Shown piece after piece: positions 1 to 9,948 of a stretch of DNA of 64,000 nucleotides. Under the pieces are notes generated by a model, which saw nothing but the letters and a program-made list of their open reading frames with translations, searched no databases and was not told where the DNA came from. This stretch comes from Bacillota bacterium (GTDB lineage Bacteria > Bacillota > DTU030), in the NCBI GenBank assembly GCA_012518435.1, contig JAAYSG010000025.1:7055-71054 (forward strand), given 5' to 3'. A program made the position numbers and the translations under genes. Numbering within the stretch: position 1 is the first letter of the stretch; each line of letters opens with the position of its first letter.

Positions 1-1230
1 TAACCTCTGCAGTAAGATCCCATACTTATCTATATACCGGCGAACCTCCCTTTCCGCGGCTAAGATCGCTTCCTGGGCACCTTTACCCTGCTGGGAGGAA
101 GCCTGGTATTCCTGGCGATACTTTATTAGCCTAGATACTTCCGTCCCCTTTTCTTGAAAAAGCACCAGGTACTTGGCAGCCTCTTCTAGCCTGTCCGTCC
201 TCTCTAATACCTTCCGGGCTCTACCAATATAAGTTTCCGCCCTTTTCTTTTCCCGGTAATAGTTGGCAATTTCTGTTCCCACACGGCGGCATTGCCCAGC
301 TGCCTCCCACAACTTTTCCGCCCTTTCTAGATCCTGGGTAGCCTGTAACACCCTAGCCGCCTCTAGTATCTTTTCCCGGGCTTCAACTAGTTCCCGGCTG
401 TATTCCCTTAATAGGTTATAACGCCATAGGTTCCGAGCGACCTTCTCCACCGCCTCTTCACATTTTGCCAATTCCACCAATCCCTTGATAATTACCTCAG
501 CCTGCAAAATATGAGCATCCATTTCTTCCTTTTTCTGTTTCAATTCGCAGCATGTGGCCAAGCGGTCCCGGTGGATTTCAATTTCGCCTAGTTTGTCTGT
601 CAATTTCTCTATCTGCTGTGCCAATCCTGGAAGGTCAGAAAAGTTTTTCAACTCCTGGGATACCAATTGGAGCCTTTCAGTTAGGCGTTTTTCTTCCTGT
701 TGGGCCCTGTTCATGTCCCGTATCGTTTCCCGTAGGGCAGCATCGACAATATGGACTCCATAAAGGCGGCCGATGGCCTTGGCCTTTACAGAACCGGTTT
801 CTGCCAAAAGAAAGGGGGGCTCCAACTGCTCACCTAGATTCAAGGCCCTTTCCAGGTCTTCGTCCAACTTTACCTTCCCCATCCCCAAAGCATCCTGTAT
901 CTCCCGGGGAACCCGGGAGCCAAAGCCGGCAAAAATGTTTTCTTCTTGCCCCGGTAGCAGAAGATAGTAGCGGTTTCGAGAGGGGGTCCGTTCCCGAGTT
1001 ATTTGACATCCGTCCGTCAGCAAGACGGTGACGCGGGTTTCTGTGGCCCCAATGCGGATAAAATCGGCACCCCGCGGTTCATTATAAAGGAGCCACTTCA
1101 AGGCCCTGAGTAGGGCCGATTTCCCCTGGTCTGATTCACCAATAATGACATTAAATCCGGGGGAAAAATCAATTTCAGTAAATTCGTGGCACTGGAAGTT
1201 TTCAACCGTTAAGCGCCGTAGTTTTTTCAT
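1..1230 (-). CDS. sbcC: SbcC/Rad50-like DNA repair ATPase, N-terminal part (gene continues beyond window start)
   Basis: Reverse-complement of 1081-1230 translates MKKLRRLTVENFQCHEFTEIDFSPGFNVIIGESDQGKSALLRALKWLLYN (P-loop GESDQGKS) followed by long coiled-coil-like E/K/L/R-rich sequence; ATG at 1230 overlaps sbcD stop (ATGA). Plus-strand ORFs 552-1031 are antisense and low-complexity. Confidence 0.7.
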   Translation of the reverse strand, partial: MKKLRRLTVENFQCHEFTEIDFSPGFNVIIGESDQGKSALLRALKWLLYNEPRGADFIRIGATETRVTVLLTDGCQITRERTPSRNRYYLLLPGQEENIFAGFGSRVPREIQDALGMGKVKLDEDLERALNLGEQLEPPFLLAETGSVKAKAIGRLYGVHIVDAALRETIRDMNRAQQEEKRLTERLQLVSQELKNFSDLPGLAQQIEKLTDKLGEIEIHRDRLATCCELKQKKEEMDAHILQAEVIIKGLVELAKCEEAVEKVARNLWRYNLLREYSRELVEAREKILEAARVLQATQDLERAEKLWEAAGQCRRVGTEIANYYREKKRAETYIGRARKVLERTDRLEEAAKYLVLFQEKGTEVSRLIKYRQEYQASSQQGKGAQEAILAAEREVRRYIDKYGILLQRL

Positions 1231-2219
1231 TCTCCCCCCTCCCCGGTAAGGAAATCTTCCTGGGCCAAGGATAGGCGCCGCAGGGCTTCCTCCCGCACAG
1301 CCGGGGATAGGGTCTTTTTGGCAGCAATTGCGGCCACCATCTCCTCTAGGTTGAGTCCATAATACTCGCCGGCGGCCTTCACTTCCTGCACAAAATCAGT
1401 TAAACGTTCCTCCCGCCGCATTTTCAGTTCAACCTGTTTTCGATCCAGTACTTCCTTGCCCGGCCGGGCCGATAAGAGGGGAAGGCAGCGATAATTTATA
1501 TCATTGCCATTCAAATCAAGAAGAATTACCGCCGGTCGGCGTGATATTTCCCTGGGATGGTTGTTCACCCTGACCAAGGCACCGGGGTTGAGAAAGTGGC
1601 GATTATTTATCTCAAGGGGGGGAAATCCCAGGTGATAATGTCCCGCCAAGGTTAAATCCGCCTCCGTTGCCAAAATTTTGTCAATAACTGTATGACGGAT
1701 GATGCTGCCCAGGGAGCGGTCAGTCAAGAGCCCGTGGACCATATGGAGGGCAATATGACACTTTTCTTTGCGAACACAATAATCCAGAGCTGGATCCCGC
1801 CGATCAATGTCATAGTGATACGACTGTCCTGTGAGCTGGAGCCTCATTCCATCCTTTTCCAAATAGATGGGCACACCGGGTCTTAGGAGTTGCACCAATC
1901 CCAGGCGAGCCATGAAGCCCAGCATGGTTCGGTGAAGGGTACCCAAATTGTGTCCATAAAGGTCGTGGTTACCCGCAATGGCATAGATGGGTACACTTAT
2001 GGTACGATATACCTCTAAAATTTCCCCACAGACGTTGAGGGCTGGAAAGGGATTATCCCAAAAGTCCCCCCCGTGGAGGACAAAGTCGACCTTGTGTTTT
2101 TCAATCAGGGCGACAACTTCCAACAGTTTTTCCCTTTGGGTAGCGGGGAAATTATCCAGGCGGTTTTGGGGCGAAGTCCCCCGGTGGTGGGTGTCGGTGA
2201 GAAAGAGCAATCTCATCAT
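1227..2219 (-). CDS. sbcD: SbcD/Mre11-like nuclease (calcineurin-like phosphoesterase), short 330 aa form
   Basis: Mre11 phosphoesterase motifs LTDTHH, GGDFWD, GNHD, HGL; stop overlaps sbcC start. Confidence 0.8.
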   Translation of the reverse strand: MMRLLFLTDTHHRGTSPQNRLDNFPATQREKLLEVVALIEKHKVDFVLHGGDFWDNPFPALNVCGEILEVYRTISVPIYAIAGNHDLYGHNLGTLHRTMLGFMARLGLVQLLRPGVPIYLEKDGMRLQLTGQSYHYDIDRRDPALDYCVRKEKCHIALHMVHGLLTDRSLGSIIRHTVIDKILATEADLTLAGHYHLGFPPLEINNRHFLNPGALVRVNNHPREISRRPAVILLDLNGNDINYRCLPLLSARPGKEVLDRKQVELKMRREERLTDFVQEVKAAGEYYGLNLEEMVAAIAAKKTLSPAVREEALRRLSLAQEDFLTGEGGE

Positions 2220-2298
2220 TGTACACCTCCCAATAAATGTAAGGAAAATAGAAAAGTGGAGCCAAACATATGCCCCCGATTATATTTTACTACCTAAA

Positions 2299-4161
2299 TT
2301 AATCCTTCCGCTGTCTGTACTCCACCCCCAGCAGCATTTCCTCCTTTTCTATGACTCCGTCAATTACCATACCTTCCAGACAATGGGTTATTTCTTCAAT
2401 TGAGATCTGCCGCCTTAATTTTTGCTGTAGAGCACCCAGATGGACATCAAAGTTGAAATCCCCCAGGGGGAGACATTGCAAAAGTGCCTTCCGCAGTTTT
2501 TCCTCCGGGGGGATAAAGTCCTCCCGCAATTCCAAAAATGGGTGTCGGCTGTGGGGACTGACGGTCTTTGCCACCCGGATACGGACAGCAATGGTCCGCC
2601 CCACACTGGCGGAAGACACAAAGGCATTTCCCGAACCCAGATAAGGAAGCCTTCTAATCTCCTCAGGGCCTAAATCCGTCTCCTCTCGAATTACATCTAA
2701 ATCGGAAGAACGGATGGTGCGAAAGATAAGTTTAGTATTTAACTGGGCGGTGATGGTATCTTCCAAAAGGGCGGGGCGTTGGCTAGCCAGGAGCAAAAAC
2801 ACTCCATACTTCCGTCCCTCCTGGGCAATGGTGCGCAGGATTGAACGGGCCGGAGCCGGTATTTCCGGTGAACGGGGGGCAAAGTTGTGGGCTTCATCGG
2901 TAGCCACCAGAAAAGGAGGGAATTTGGGTGCCTCCTCCCCCGTCTGTTCAGCATCCTGATATTGCCGCCTCTCGCGGTAAAATTTGCGGATCACATAGGC
3001 CCCCAGTACCTGGAGAAACCATATAGGACCTTGGACAACCACCAGGCGTCTGTTAAGAATGGCTTCTTGGATGGGTTCAATACCACTGGTAAAAACCCTT
3101 TCCATATGTAGACGATTTAAGCGACGGGAAATTGCCCGCAGGGTACTGACATGTCCGACCCGATCTTTGTACTTGGCCACCAGGGCCAAAATGCGTTCTA
3201 TCTCTCTTTTTTCCCAAGGATCCCCACCAGCATCCTCCCTTAGTCTTCTTTTTAGATCCTGTTCTTCCTCCAGCCCTTGGGTCAAATCCCGTAGCCGATT
3301 ACTAAAACTAGTAAAGGAGTCTCGGCGGTGGTGCAAGGTCTGGATAGCATTATTCATATTTTCCGTTACCTCTCCCGCCGCCTGCAAAAGGGCTAGTAAA
3401 TCTGCCCCATTTAATTCCTCAAAGAGAATACCCACATCCCGACCGGCCATAAGTACCGTAGAGCGACGGGCGAAATCCCCCCGATAAGGTGGGGGTAAAT
3501 CAGGGAAGGCTTCAGTAAAGGATAGCTCAAAATGAGGATCCAAGACAAGTGCTGGCAGTTGTTGCCACATTACCTCCTCCAACAAAACCCGTAGGGCAAA
3601 GGATTTTCCCGATCCGGAACCACCAAAGATACCAATATGGGGGTATTCGGGCCAAGTCCAGTGGTCCATTATATAAGGGATTCCCCTTTGGGGCAAAACC
3701 CCCTTATCCTTTTGATATAGCAGGGCCACATTGGTTAGATTGGCGGGCAAACCACTGGTAAGTTCCTCCGTTCCCCTAATTACCCCCAGTACCAAACCCG
3801 TATCGGGATCCCGAGGGATGAGGAAGTCTTCTATTTCCTTGAAGGCAGGTACCCGCACGGCTATGCCAACGGAAACCGGAGATACCAATTCAGCTAAAAT
3901 TCTAATCCGGGCCAAATGGATTGTATCAGCCTCAATATCGTACCCTAATTGGGCCAAATTTTCCCTTACTCGGCGGTCCACTAAATCGCTGTGCTCAGTA
4001 ACCAGGGGAATATATCTATTAAAAGACTGGGTTTCCACAACTTCCCCCAGGGGATAATTATGGACCTTATCCTCTATTAGGAGGAGTTCATTAATGCGAA
4101 AGGGACGCTGCCTAGAGGCGGCATAAACCTCCTGTTGTGTGGTGTGGCCTACAATCTGCAT
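2299..4161 (-). CDS. herA: HerA-like hexameric FtsK/HerA-superfamily ATPase (DUF87)
   Basis: 620 aa; Walker A GIFGGSGSGKSF, Walker B LVATDEAH; length and motif placement as in bacterial HerA; GGGGGG RBS; immediately follows nurA stop. Confidence 0.7.
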   Translation of the reverse strand: MQIVGHTTQQEVYAASRQRPFRINELLLIEDKVHNYPLGEVVETQSFNRYIPLVTEHSDLVDRRVRENLAQLGYDIEADTIHLARIRILAELVSPVSVGIAVRVPAFKEIEDFLIPRDPDTGLVLGVIRGTEELTSGLPANLTNVALLYQKDKGVLPQRGIPYIMDHWTWPEYPHIGIFGGSGSGKSFALRVLLEEVMWQQLPALVLDPHFELSFTEAFPDLPPPYRGDFARRSTVLMAGRDVGILFEELNGADLLALLQAAGEVTENMNNAIQTLHHRRDSFTSFSNRLRDLTQGLEEEQDLKRRLREDAGGDPWEKREIERILALVAKYKDRVGHVSTLRAISRRLNRLHMERVFTSGIEPIQEAILNRRLVVVQGPIWFLQVLGAYVIRKFYRERRQYQDAEQTGEEAPKFPPFLVATDEAHNFAPRSPEIPAPARSILRTIAQEGRKYGVFLLLASQRPALLEDTITAQLNTKLIFRTIRSSDLDVIREETDLGPEEIRRLPYLGSGNAFVSSASVGRTIAVRIRVAKTVSPHSRHPFLELREDFIPPEEKLRKALLQCLPLGDFNFDVHLGALQQKLRRQISIEEITHCLEGMVIDGVIEKEEMLLGVEYRQRKD

Positions 4162-4176
4162 TGGGTTCCCCCCTAA

Positions 4177-5193
4177 TTACAGTATTCTTCCTTCCCGCTT
4201 TGGCACAAATAACCGCTCCCGCACCCCCTTATCTAGGCCAGTGGCAAGCAGGAGCTCCATTTCACTTCGCCTAATCCGTACCGCGTTATCCACCAGATCG
4301 AGCCAGTGGGGAATCCCCCTTCCCCCCAGGGGAGTGAGGGCAAAAAGAAGGGGAATGAACTTTGCCACTTGCCGGCTTTGTTCCTGAAAGAAATCATAGG
4401 CCACAACCCCGGGGTGGCGTCCCGGTCGGGCAAAGCAGGTATAGTAAGTTTTCTTAAATTTAAGGCCTTCCCTTATTGCCAGCCACTCCCCCCTATCCAG
4501 AAGACCAAAGAGGAGCTCCCGATCACAGCCAAAGGAAGTTGCCCCGGGAAAAGAGCCGGAAACATACCGGGCCAAATCAAAGGTTCCAACCTCTTCAATG
4601 ACCCCCACACTCATCACATCCCTGGCCAGGGAAAGTTCCCGGTATGTTTGCCATTGGCTTGGAGCCAGCCCACCATAACGAAGAAAACCGCCATCAAATA
4701 AAACTGCAAAGGGTTGATACCTTCTTACGGCCTCAATAGCCACCTCTATTTCCAAAACCGCTAGCTTCTGTCGCACCACCCGGGCTGCTGCCGCCTCGGG
4801 GGTTAATACCTCTCCATCTGCAGCAGCCCGACTAACCATTTCTTCTATTTCCCGGCGGTGTGGCGCCATTTCTGGGTAAAATAAATCAACTTGAAAGATA
4901 CCATTTTCCACGGCCGATGTTGTGGCCGCGGCCAAGGCCCGAAAACAGTGTATTATATGGGGGAAGGTTGCCCCATAGGAATGTACGGATCCATCTACTC
5001 CCAGGAGGGGACGACCGCCGGCCAAGGCTTCCAAGGTATTTGCCTTTAGGGGAGCGGGTTTATGAAATATACCCACCTTTTTCCCAAGGTACTGCCTAAT
5101 TGCCTCCCGACTGGGATAATTCAAGGTTCGGTCCCGAAGTGATAGGTTGACATTTTTTAGTAATTTCTGTAGCCCTTTGTCCACAACAAGCAT
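4177..5193 (-). CDS. nurA: NurA-like 5-prime to 3-prime nuclease
   Basis: 338 aa; GVDGS motif (catalytic Asp of NurA family) and downstream LFDGGF; gene order directly upstream of herA; GGAGGG RBS. Confidence 0.55.
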   Translation of the reverse strand: MLVVDKGLQKLLKNVNLSLRDRTLNYPSREAIRQYLGKKVGIFHKPAPLKANTLEALAGGRPLLGVDGSVHSYGATFPHIIHCFRALAAATTSAVENGIFQVDLFYPEMAPHRREIEEMVSRAAADGEVLTPEAAAARVVRQKLAVLEIEVAIEAVRRYQPFAVLFDGGFLRYGGLAPSQWQTYRELSLARDVMSVGVIEEVGTFDLARYVSGSFPGATSFGCDRELLFGLLDRGEWLAIREGLKFKKTYYTCFARPGRHPGVVAYDFFQEQSRQVAKFIPLLFALTPLGGRGIPHWLDLVDNAVRIRRSEMELLLATGLDKGVRERLFVPKREGRIL

Positions 5194-5510
5194 TGGTCAC
5201 TTCCCTCCCCCTGCTGTAATTCTGTTTTTGGCCATCCCTTCCCTGCTTTTGGCAACACAAAAATATTAACGCCAAGGAAGGGGAAAAATTAGCCTGGCAA
5301 AAATACAGGCCCCCCCAGGGATGGAGTAAAATAATTGTAGGGGCAAAATAATATAGCGGCGGGATTAGACAAGGTTACCACCAATATTCTATCATATAAC
5401 CGTTTTTCAAAGATTTGCGACAAGCACCTTGGCAATGAAATAATTACTATTTTATGCTATGATTAGATAACTGAAAATTACCCGGCGTTAGTAAGTAAAG
5501 GAGGACCACA

Positions 5511-7916
5511 ATGACTAAAGCAAAAAAAACTCATCAGGCCCTTCCCCTTTGGCGGGAATGGCCGCGCCCTGCAGAATCCGGCCAATGGACCGATAATGCC
5601 ATAACCATCCTTAAAAACAGAAATTACCTACTACGCAATGAAGAAGGAGAAGTAATTGAAACTCCGGAAGATATGTGTTGGCGGGTTGCGGTGGAAACAG
5701 CCTCCGCCGAAGAAAACTACGGTGGAAGCAAGGAGGATATTCGCGAAATAGCAGAAGGTATTTATAAACTAATGGTGGCAAAAAAACTCATCTTCAATAC
5801 ACCCACCCTAACAAACTCTGGTAAGGGTCGTAGGCTTTCCAAGGCAGCCTGCACCGCCTTCGAAGTCAAAGACGACATGGGACATATTTTCCAGATGTTG
5901 CAGACCATGGCCTTGGTACAACAGGCCGGTGGTGGCACTGGATATAGCTTTTCGGCCCTGCGCCCCAAGGGTGATAGGGTAAGCTCCACCGGTGGAGAGT
6001 CATCGGGACCAGTGGAATTTATTAAGGTCTTCAACCGGGCCACGGAGGCCGTAAAGCAAGGCGGTATCCGTAGAGGTGCCTCCCTGGCCTGCCTGGCAGC
6101 CGATCACCCCGACATAAAGGAATTTATCCAATCTAAAATTGATGGGGACCTGACTAATTTCAATATTTCCGTAATGGCCCGGGATGAATTCATGCAAAAG
6201 GCCGTTGGTGAAGATGATGACCCCTATTACCCCCTAATAAACCCCCGCAATGGGGAAATTTGGGGACAGGCCAATGCACGGGAATTGTTCGATACCATAT
6301 GTGAATCCGCTTGGCTAACTGGTGACCCGGGCCTTTTATTTTACGATGAAATTAATCGGGACAACCCCACCCCCCAGGTGGGAACCATTGAGACAACAAA
6401 TCCATGCGGTGAACAACCACTTCTCCATGCTGAGGCTTGCAACCTGGGAGCCATCAATGTGGCTGCCTACTGGGATGAAGAAACGAAATCCATTTCCGAA
6501 GATAAACTACGGGAGGACACAGCCTTTGCCGTACGTGCCTTGGATAATGTCATTGATGTTTCCTCTTATCCAACGACAGAAATGGACGAAATGGTGCGGG
6601 CCAATAGAAAGATCGGTTTGGGGATCCTGGGCTTGGCCGATTTGCTTATTGCCGCTGAACTTCCCTATAATTCGGAAGAGGGGAGGCAATTGGCGGCCCG
6701 GGTCATGCAAATAGTGCAGGAGGCAGCCCATGCTGCCAGCCAGGAACTGGCCGCCAGTCGGGGAACCTTTCCCAATTGGAAGGGTTCAATTTGGGAAAAA
6801 AAAGGGCTGCCCATGCGTAATGCAACAACCACCACCGTTGCCCCTAACGGAACCACCGGAATTATTATCGGGGGTACCGGTGGGATTGAACCCATATTTG
6901 CCGTAGCCTTTACCCGCCGGACGGCCGATGGGCAGATCCTCCGCTTCATTCATCCCCTTTTTGAAAAAGTGGCCCACCGCGAGGGTTTCTATAGTGAAGA
7001 ATTAATGGATCATATTGCCCAAAAGGGATCTGTGCAAAATGTAGATGGGGTCCCGAAAAAATGGCAACGAATTTTTGCCGCTGCCCATGATATTCACTGG
7101 CAAGATCATATTAAAATGCAGGCCGCCTTACAAAAGCACGTGGATAATGCCATCTCCAAAACCGTGAATTTGCCCCATGGGGCTTCCATAAGTGATGTTA
7201 AGGCTGCATATACCCTGGCCTGGAAATTAGGCTGCAAGGGAATTACAATCTTTCGAGATGGGAGCAAACAAGGTATATTGACCATAGGCACCAAGGAAGA
7301 AGACAAGGAGAATAAAATGGCGCCCTCTGGATCCCTGGCCTGGCTCGACCACCAGCTATCCAAGACGAAAACCTTCAGCCAACTGCGCAATTACCTTCGT
7401 AAAAAGGGTTATGTACTGGCCGAGTGGGGTAATGTCCGACCCATGGAATTGCCTAATCGCCTACCTGCCCGCTGGTTTGAACGGGAAACCCCAGTCGGCA
7501 AGGCCCAAATCTTTGTAACAGAACTTGACGGACTGCCAGTACAACTATTTATCCAGGTGGGTCACGGTGGTTCCGATATCCAGGCCGATTGTGAGGCCAT
7601 AGGACGCCTTACCAGTGGTCTACTGCGGGCGGGAGTACCCCTGCGCTGGGTCACAAAACAATTGAAAGGTATTGGCGGTGAACGACAGTTGGGTTTCGGC
7701 CCCGATCGCGTTCGCTCCCTGGCCGATGCCATCGGCAAGGTTCTTTATGATGAATACATCAGCAATAATACCCAAGGGGAACAGGCCACATCCCAAGAAA
7801 ACCCCAATCCCCAGGCCCAAGGGCCCAACTTTGAACTCTGTCCCTCCTGCGGAAATTACACCCTTGTGCGGGCGGAAGGATGTGCCCAATGCATCTGTGG
7901 TTACAGCGAATGTTGA
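5511..7916 (+). CDS. nrdJ: class II (adenosylcobalamin-dependent) ribonucleoside reductase NrdJ with C-terminal Cys4 zinc ribbon
   Basis: 801 aa; RNR active-site region TNPCGEQPL, C-terminal CPSCGNYTLVRAEGCAQCICGYSEC; AGGAGG RBS at 5499. Confidence 0.85.
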   Translation: MTKAKKTHQALPLWREWPRPAESGQWTDNAITILKNRNYLLRNEEGEVIETPEDMCWRVAVETASAEENYGGSKEDIREIAEGIYKLMVAKKLIFNTPTLTNSGKGRRLSKAACTAFEVKDDMGHIFQMLQTMALVQQAGGGTGYSFSALRPKGDRVSSTGGESSGPVEFIKVFNRATEAVKQGGIRRGASLACLAADHPDIKEFIQSKIDGDLTNFNISVMARDEFMQKAVGEDDDPYYPLINPRNGEIWGQANARELFDTICESAWLTGDPGLLFYDEINRDNPTPQVGTIETTNPCGEQPLLHAEACNLGAINVAAYWDEETKSISEDKLREDTAFAVRALDNVIDVSSYPTTEMDEMVRANRKIGLGILGLADLLIAAELPYNSEEGRQLAARVMQIVQEAAHAASQELAASRGTFPNWKGSIWEKKGLPMRNATTTTVAPNGTTGIIIGGTGGIEPIFAVAFTRRTADGQILRFIHPLFEKVAHREGFYSEELMDHIAQKGSVQNVDGVPKKWQRIFAAAHDIHWQDHIKMQAALQKHVDNAISKTVNLPHGASISDVKAAYTLAWKLGCKGITIFRDGSKQGILTIGTKEEDKENKMAPSGSLAWLDHQLSKTKTFSQLRNYLRKKGYVLAEWGNVRPMELPNRLPARWFERETPVGKAQIFVTELDGLPVQLFIQVGHGGSDIQADCEAIGRLTSGLLRAGVPLRWVTKQLKGIGGERQLGFGPDRVRSLADAIGKVLYDEYISNNTQGEQATSQENPNPQAQGPNFELCPSCGNYTLVRAEGCAQCICGYSEC

Positions 7917-8995
7917 CAATAATGATAAGGGGACGGACGAAACGACAAGCAGCCTATTTTCTCCTCATGCTAGCCGTAATTCACTTGCTGTGCGCATGCA
8001 CAGGCCCCATGGCAAGGGAAAATGGGAATAAAAACGGTGCACCGGTTGGAGAGGGGCCAGTAGTTAGCGAAGACGGAGAACACCAGCCCCTTGCTACTCC
8101 CCTGCCCGATCCAATCCCACCCGGGGTTGAACCCAATGAAGTGGGCCAGGTAATGATTCTCATGTATCATCAAATTGGTGAACCCGAGGGTGAATGGACC
8201 AGAACACCGGCAAACTTTCGCCAAGACCTGCTGAGACTTTACCAAGAAGGCTATCGTTTAATCAGTCTCAATGATTTTTTGGCCAATAACATCAAAACCC
8301 CCGCAGGTTTTTCGCCGGTCATCATTACCTTTGACGATGGCACCCAAGGCCAATTTAACTACATTGATGACGGTGATACAATTGAAATTGACCCCAACAG
8401 TGCCGTTGCCATTCTGGAGGAATTTTATCATGAGCATCCAGATTTTGGTCTAGCGGCCACCTTCTATATTTATTATGGCAACCCCTTTGGCCAGTCCGAA
8501 TATAGAGAAAAAAAGCTACGCTATTTAGTGGAAAAGGGTTTTGAAATTGGCAACCATTCCCATGGCCATGTAAACCTGGCCAAGCTGAATACCAAAGATG
8601 TGGAAAGGGAATTGGCCCTCCACAATAAAAAAACCCAGGAATACCTCCCGGGCTACAAGGTGCGCAGCCTCGCCCTACCCTATGGTGCCTCCCCCAAGGA
8701 TTGCGACTCCCTAATGGCAGGTCAATATGAGGGGTATGCCTACCACAATGATGGCATCCTTTTGGTGGGAGCCGAACCGGCTCCAGCACCCAATGGGCTA
8801 AAATATAACCCCCACCGTCTGCCCCGGATTCGCGCCGATGGTGAGCAGCTGGAAAAATGGCTAACCTACTTTGCTAATAATCCCGGAGAACGCTACATCA
8901 GTGATGGCCACCCCGATATCATCTCCGTTCCCTCCGCCCGGGAAGACCTTGTGGACAAAAAGAGTCTAGGAGCTAAGGAATTAAGGATATATTAA
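7910..8995 (+). CDS. polysaccharide deacetylase family lipoprotein (NodB homology domain)
   Basis: ITFDDGTQGQF and NHSHGHVNL motifs of NodB-type deacetylases; N-terminal signal peptide with Cys (LLCAC). Start ambiguous (7880, 7910 or 7922). Confidence 0.75.
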   Translation: MLTIMIRGRTKRQAAYFLLMLAVIHLLCACTGPMARENGNKNGAPVGEGPVVSEDGEHQPLATPLPDPIPPGVEPNEVGQVMILMYHQIGEPEGEWTRTPANFRQDLLRLYQEGYRLISLNDFLANNIKTPAGFSPVIITFDDGTQGQFNYIDDGDTIEIDPNSAVAILEEFYHEHPDFGLAATFYIYYGNPFGQSEYREKKLRYLVEKGFEIGNHSHGHVNLAKLNTKDVERELALHNKKTQEYLPGYKVRSLALPYGASPKDCDSLMAGQYEGYAYHNDGILLVGAEPAPAPNGLKYNPHRLPRIRADGEQLEKWLTYFANNPGERYISDGHPDIISVPSAREDLVDKKSLGAKELRIY

Positions 8996-9013
8996 ATAGG
9001 CAGAAACAAGAAA

Positions 9014-9055
9014 GAAGCAGGGCCCAAAATTCCATAGCGCCCTGCTTCTTTTTCC
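9014..9055 (+). terminator. Rho-independent terminator after deacetylase gene
   Basis: GAAGCAGGGC...GCCCTGCTTC stem followed by TTTTTC. Confidence 0.7.
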
Positions 9056-9140
9056 CCCGGCAATATTCACGGGGCTGGAACCTTGGTATAATTACCCGCG
9101 TATGCTAGAACTAATTTGCCCTCTGGCAGTTTCAACAATT

Positions 9141-9569
9141 TCAATTGCTGCTAACATCCCTCTTCCCATCTGCGGTTACAGGCATGTCCTTCTGGCCCAT
9201 GCCGGCAAATAAGTGCCTAAAGCCCATAAAACCTAGGCAAGCAATGGCACCAATGGTGCCCAATCTCCCCCCCACACCGGGATAAGCGGGGGCAGCAGCC
9301 AAAAATAAAAGCCCACTCATACAACCAACCACTGCCATTTCTCCCCAACAGCGTACATTATCCTTGGAGACCATGCCAGCATAGGCAGCAGTCGCGGTAA
9401 TTAGGGCCATACTACTACCCAAATCCCCAAAAAGTGGGGGGAAGACTATTCCACCGGTTAAAACCACTATAGCCGATCCCAACACCGCCCCTTTGCCCAA
9501 CTCAACACTAATGATATAGGCGGCAACACCGGCCAAAGTAGCCGTAATAAGCAAAACCAGCACTTCCAT
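9141..9569 (-). CDS. small polytopic membrane protein, paralogue of the upstream gene
   Basis: Hydrophobic 143 aa from internal ATG 9569 (RBS GGGAGG); shares motifs G.GAV...GDL and AAPAYPGVGG..GT with 9589-9948 product. Confidence 0.55.
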   Translation of the reverse strand: MEVLVLLITATLAGVAAYIISVELGKGAVLGSAIVVLTGGIVFPPLFGDLGSSMALITATAAYAGMVSKDNVRCWGEMAVVGCMSGLLFLAAAPAYPGVGGRLGTIGAIACLGFMGFRHLFAGMGQKDMPVTADGKRDVSSN

Positions 9570-9588
9570 GCAAATGACCTCCCTTCCC

Positions 9589-9948
9589 CTATAAACCAAG
9601 TGTACGTATGATTCCACGGGTAATAAGTACTGAGGTTGCCGCAGTCGTCCCACCCTTTCCACCCAGACCCGCATAGACCGGAGCGGTGGCCACAATTACT
9701 ATTCCCGCTACTATTCCGGCCAATATGGAAAGGGTAAAAGAGGGGATAACAGTTGTGGCAGACATCCCGACAAAGGATGCGGTATAGGCAGCCCCAGCCA
9801 GATCCCCCGGTAGGGCCAGTCCAGCCAAAACCCCCACAAACCCATTGGCAATAACAGCCCCATAGCCCAAGTCATGGTTAAGATAATAAGTAACTACAGT
9901 AGCCATCGTTGCCACCAAAATAGTTAAAAAGGCCCGCCCACGATTCAT
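9589..9948 (-). CDS. small polytopic membrane protein (119 aa)
   Basis: Hydrophobic; ATG overlaps stop of upstream small ORF (ATGA); motif TAPVYAGLGGKGGT paralogous to the next gene. Confidence 0.6.
   Translation of the reverse strand: MNRGRAFLTILVATMATVVTYYLNHDLGYGAVIANGFVGVLAGLALPGDLAGAAYTASFVGMSATTVIPSFTLSILAGIVAGIVIVATAPVYAGLGGKGGTTAATSVLITRGIIRTLGL

Noticed and set aside
552-1031. Three overlapping plus-strand ORFs (159, 69, 64 aa)
   Set aside because: They are antisense to a coherent SbcC N-terminal ATPase reading frame on the minus strand. The translations are low-complexity (P/S/R-rich) and have no RBS.
2351-4057. Numerous 60-140 aa plus-strand ORFs inside the herA region
   Set aside because: They are antisense shadows of the 620-aa HerA-like gene, with no motifs and no ribosome-binding sites.
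5216-5510. Possible cobalamin riboswitch or NrdR box upstream of nrdJ
   Set aside because: No B12-box (GCCACTG-like core) or 16-bp NrdR palindrome could be recognised. A B12-dependent RNR is also not an expected riboswitch target.
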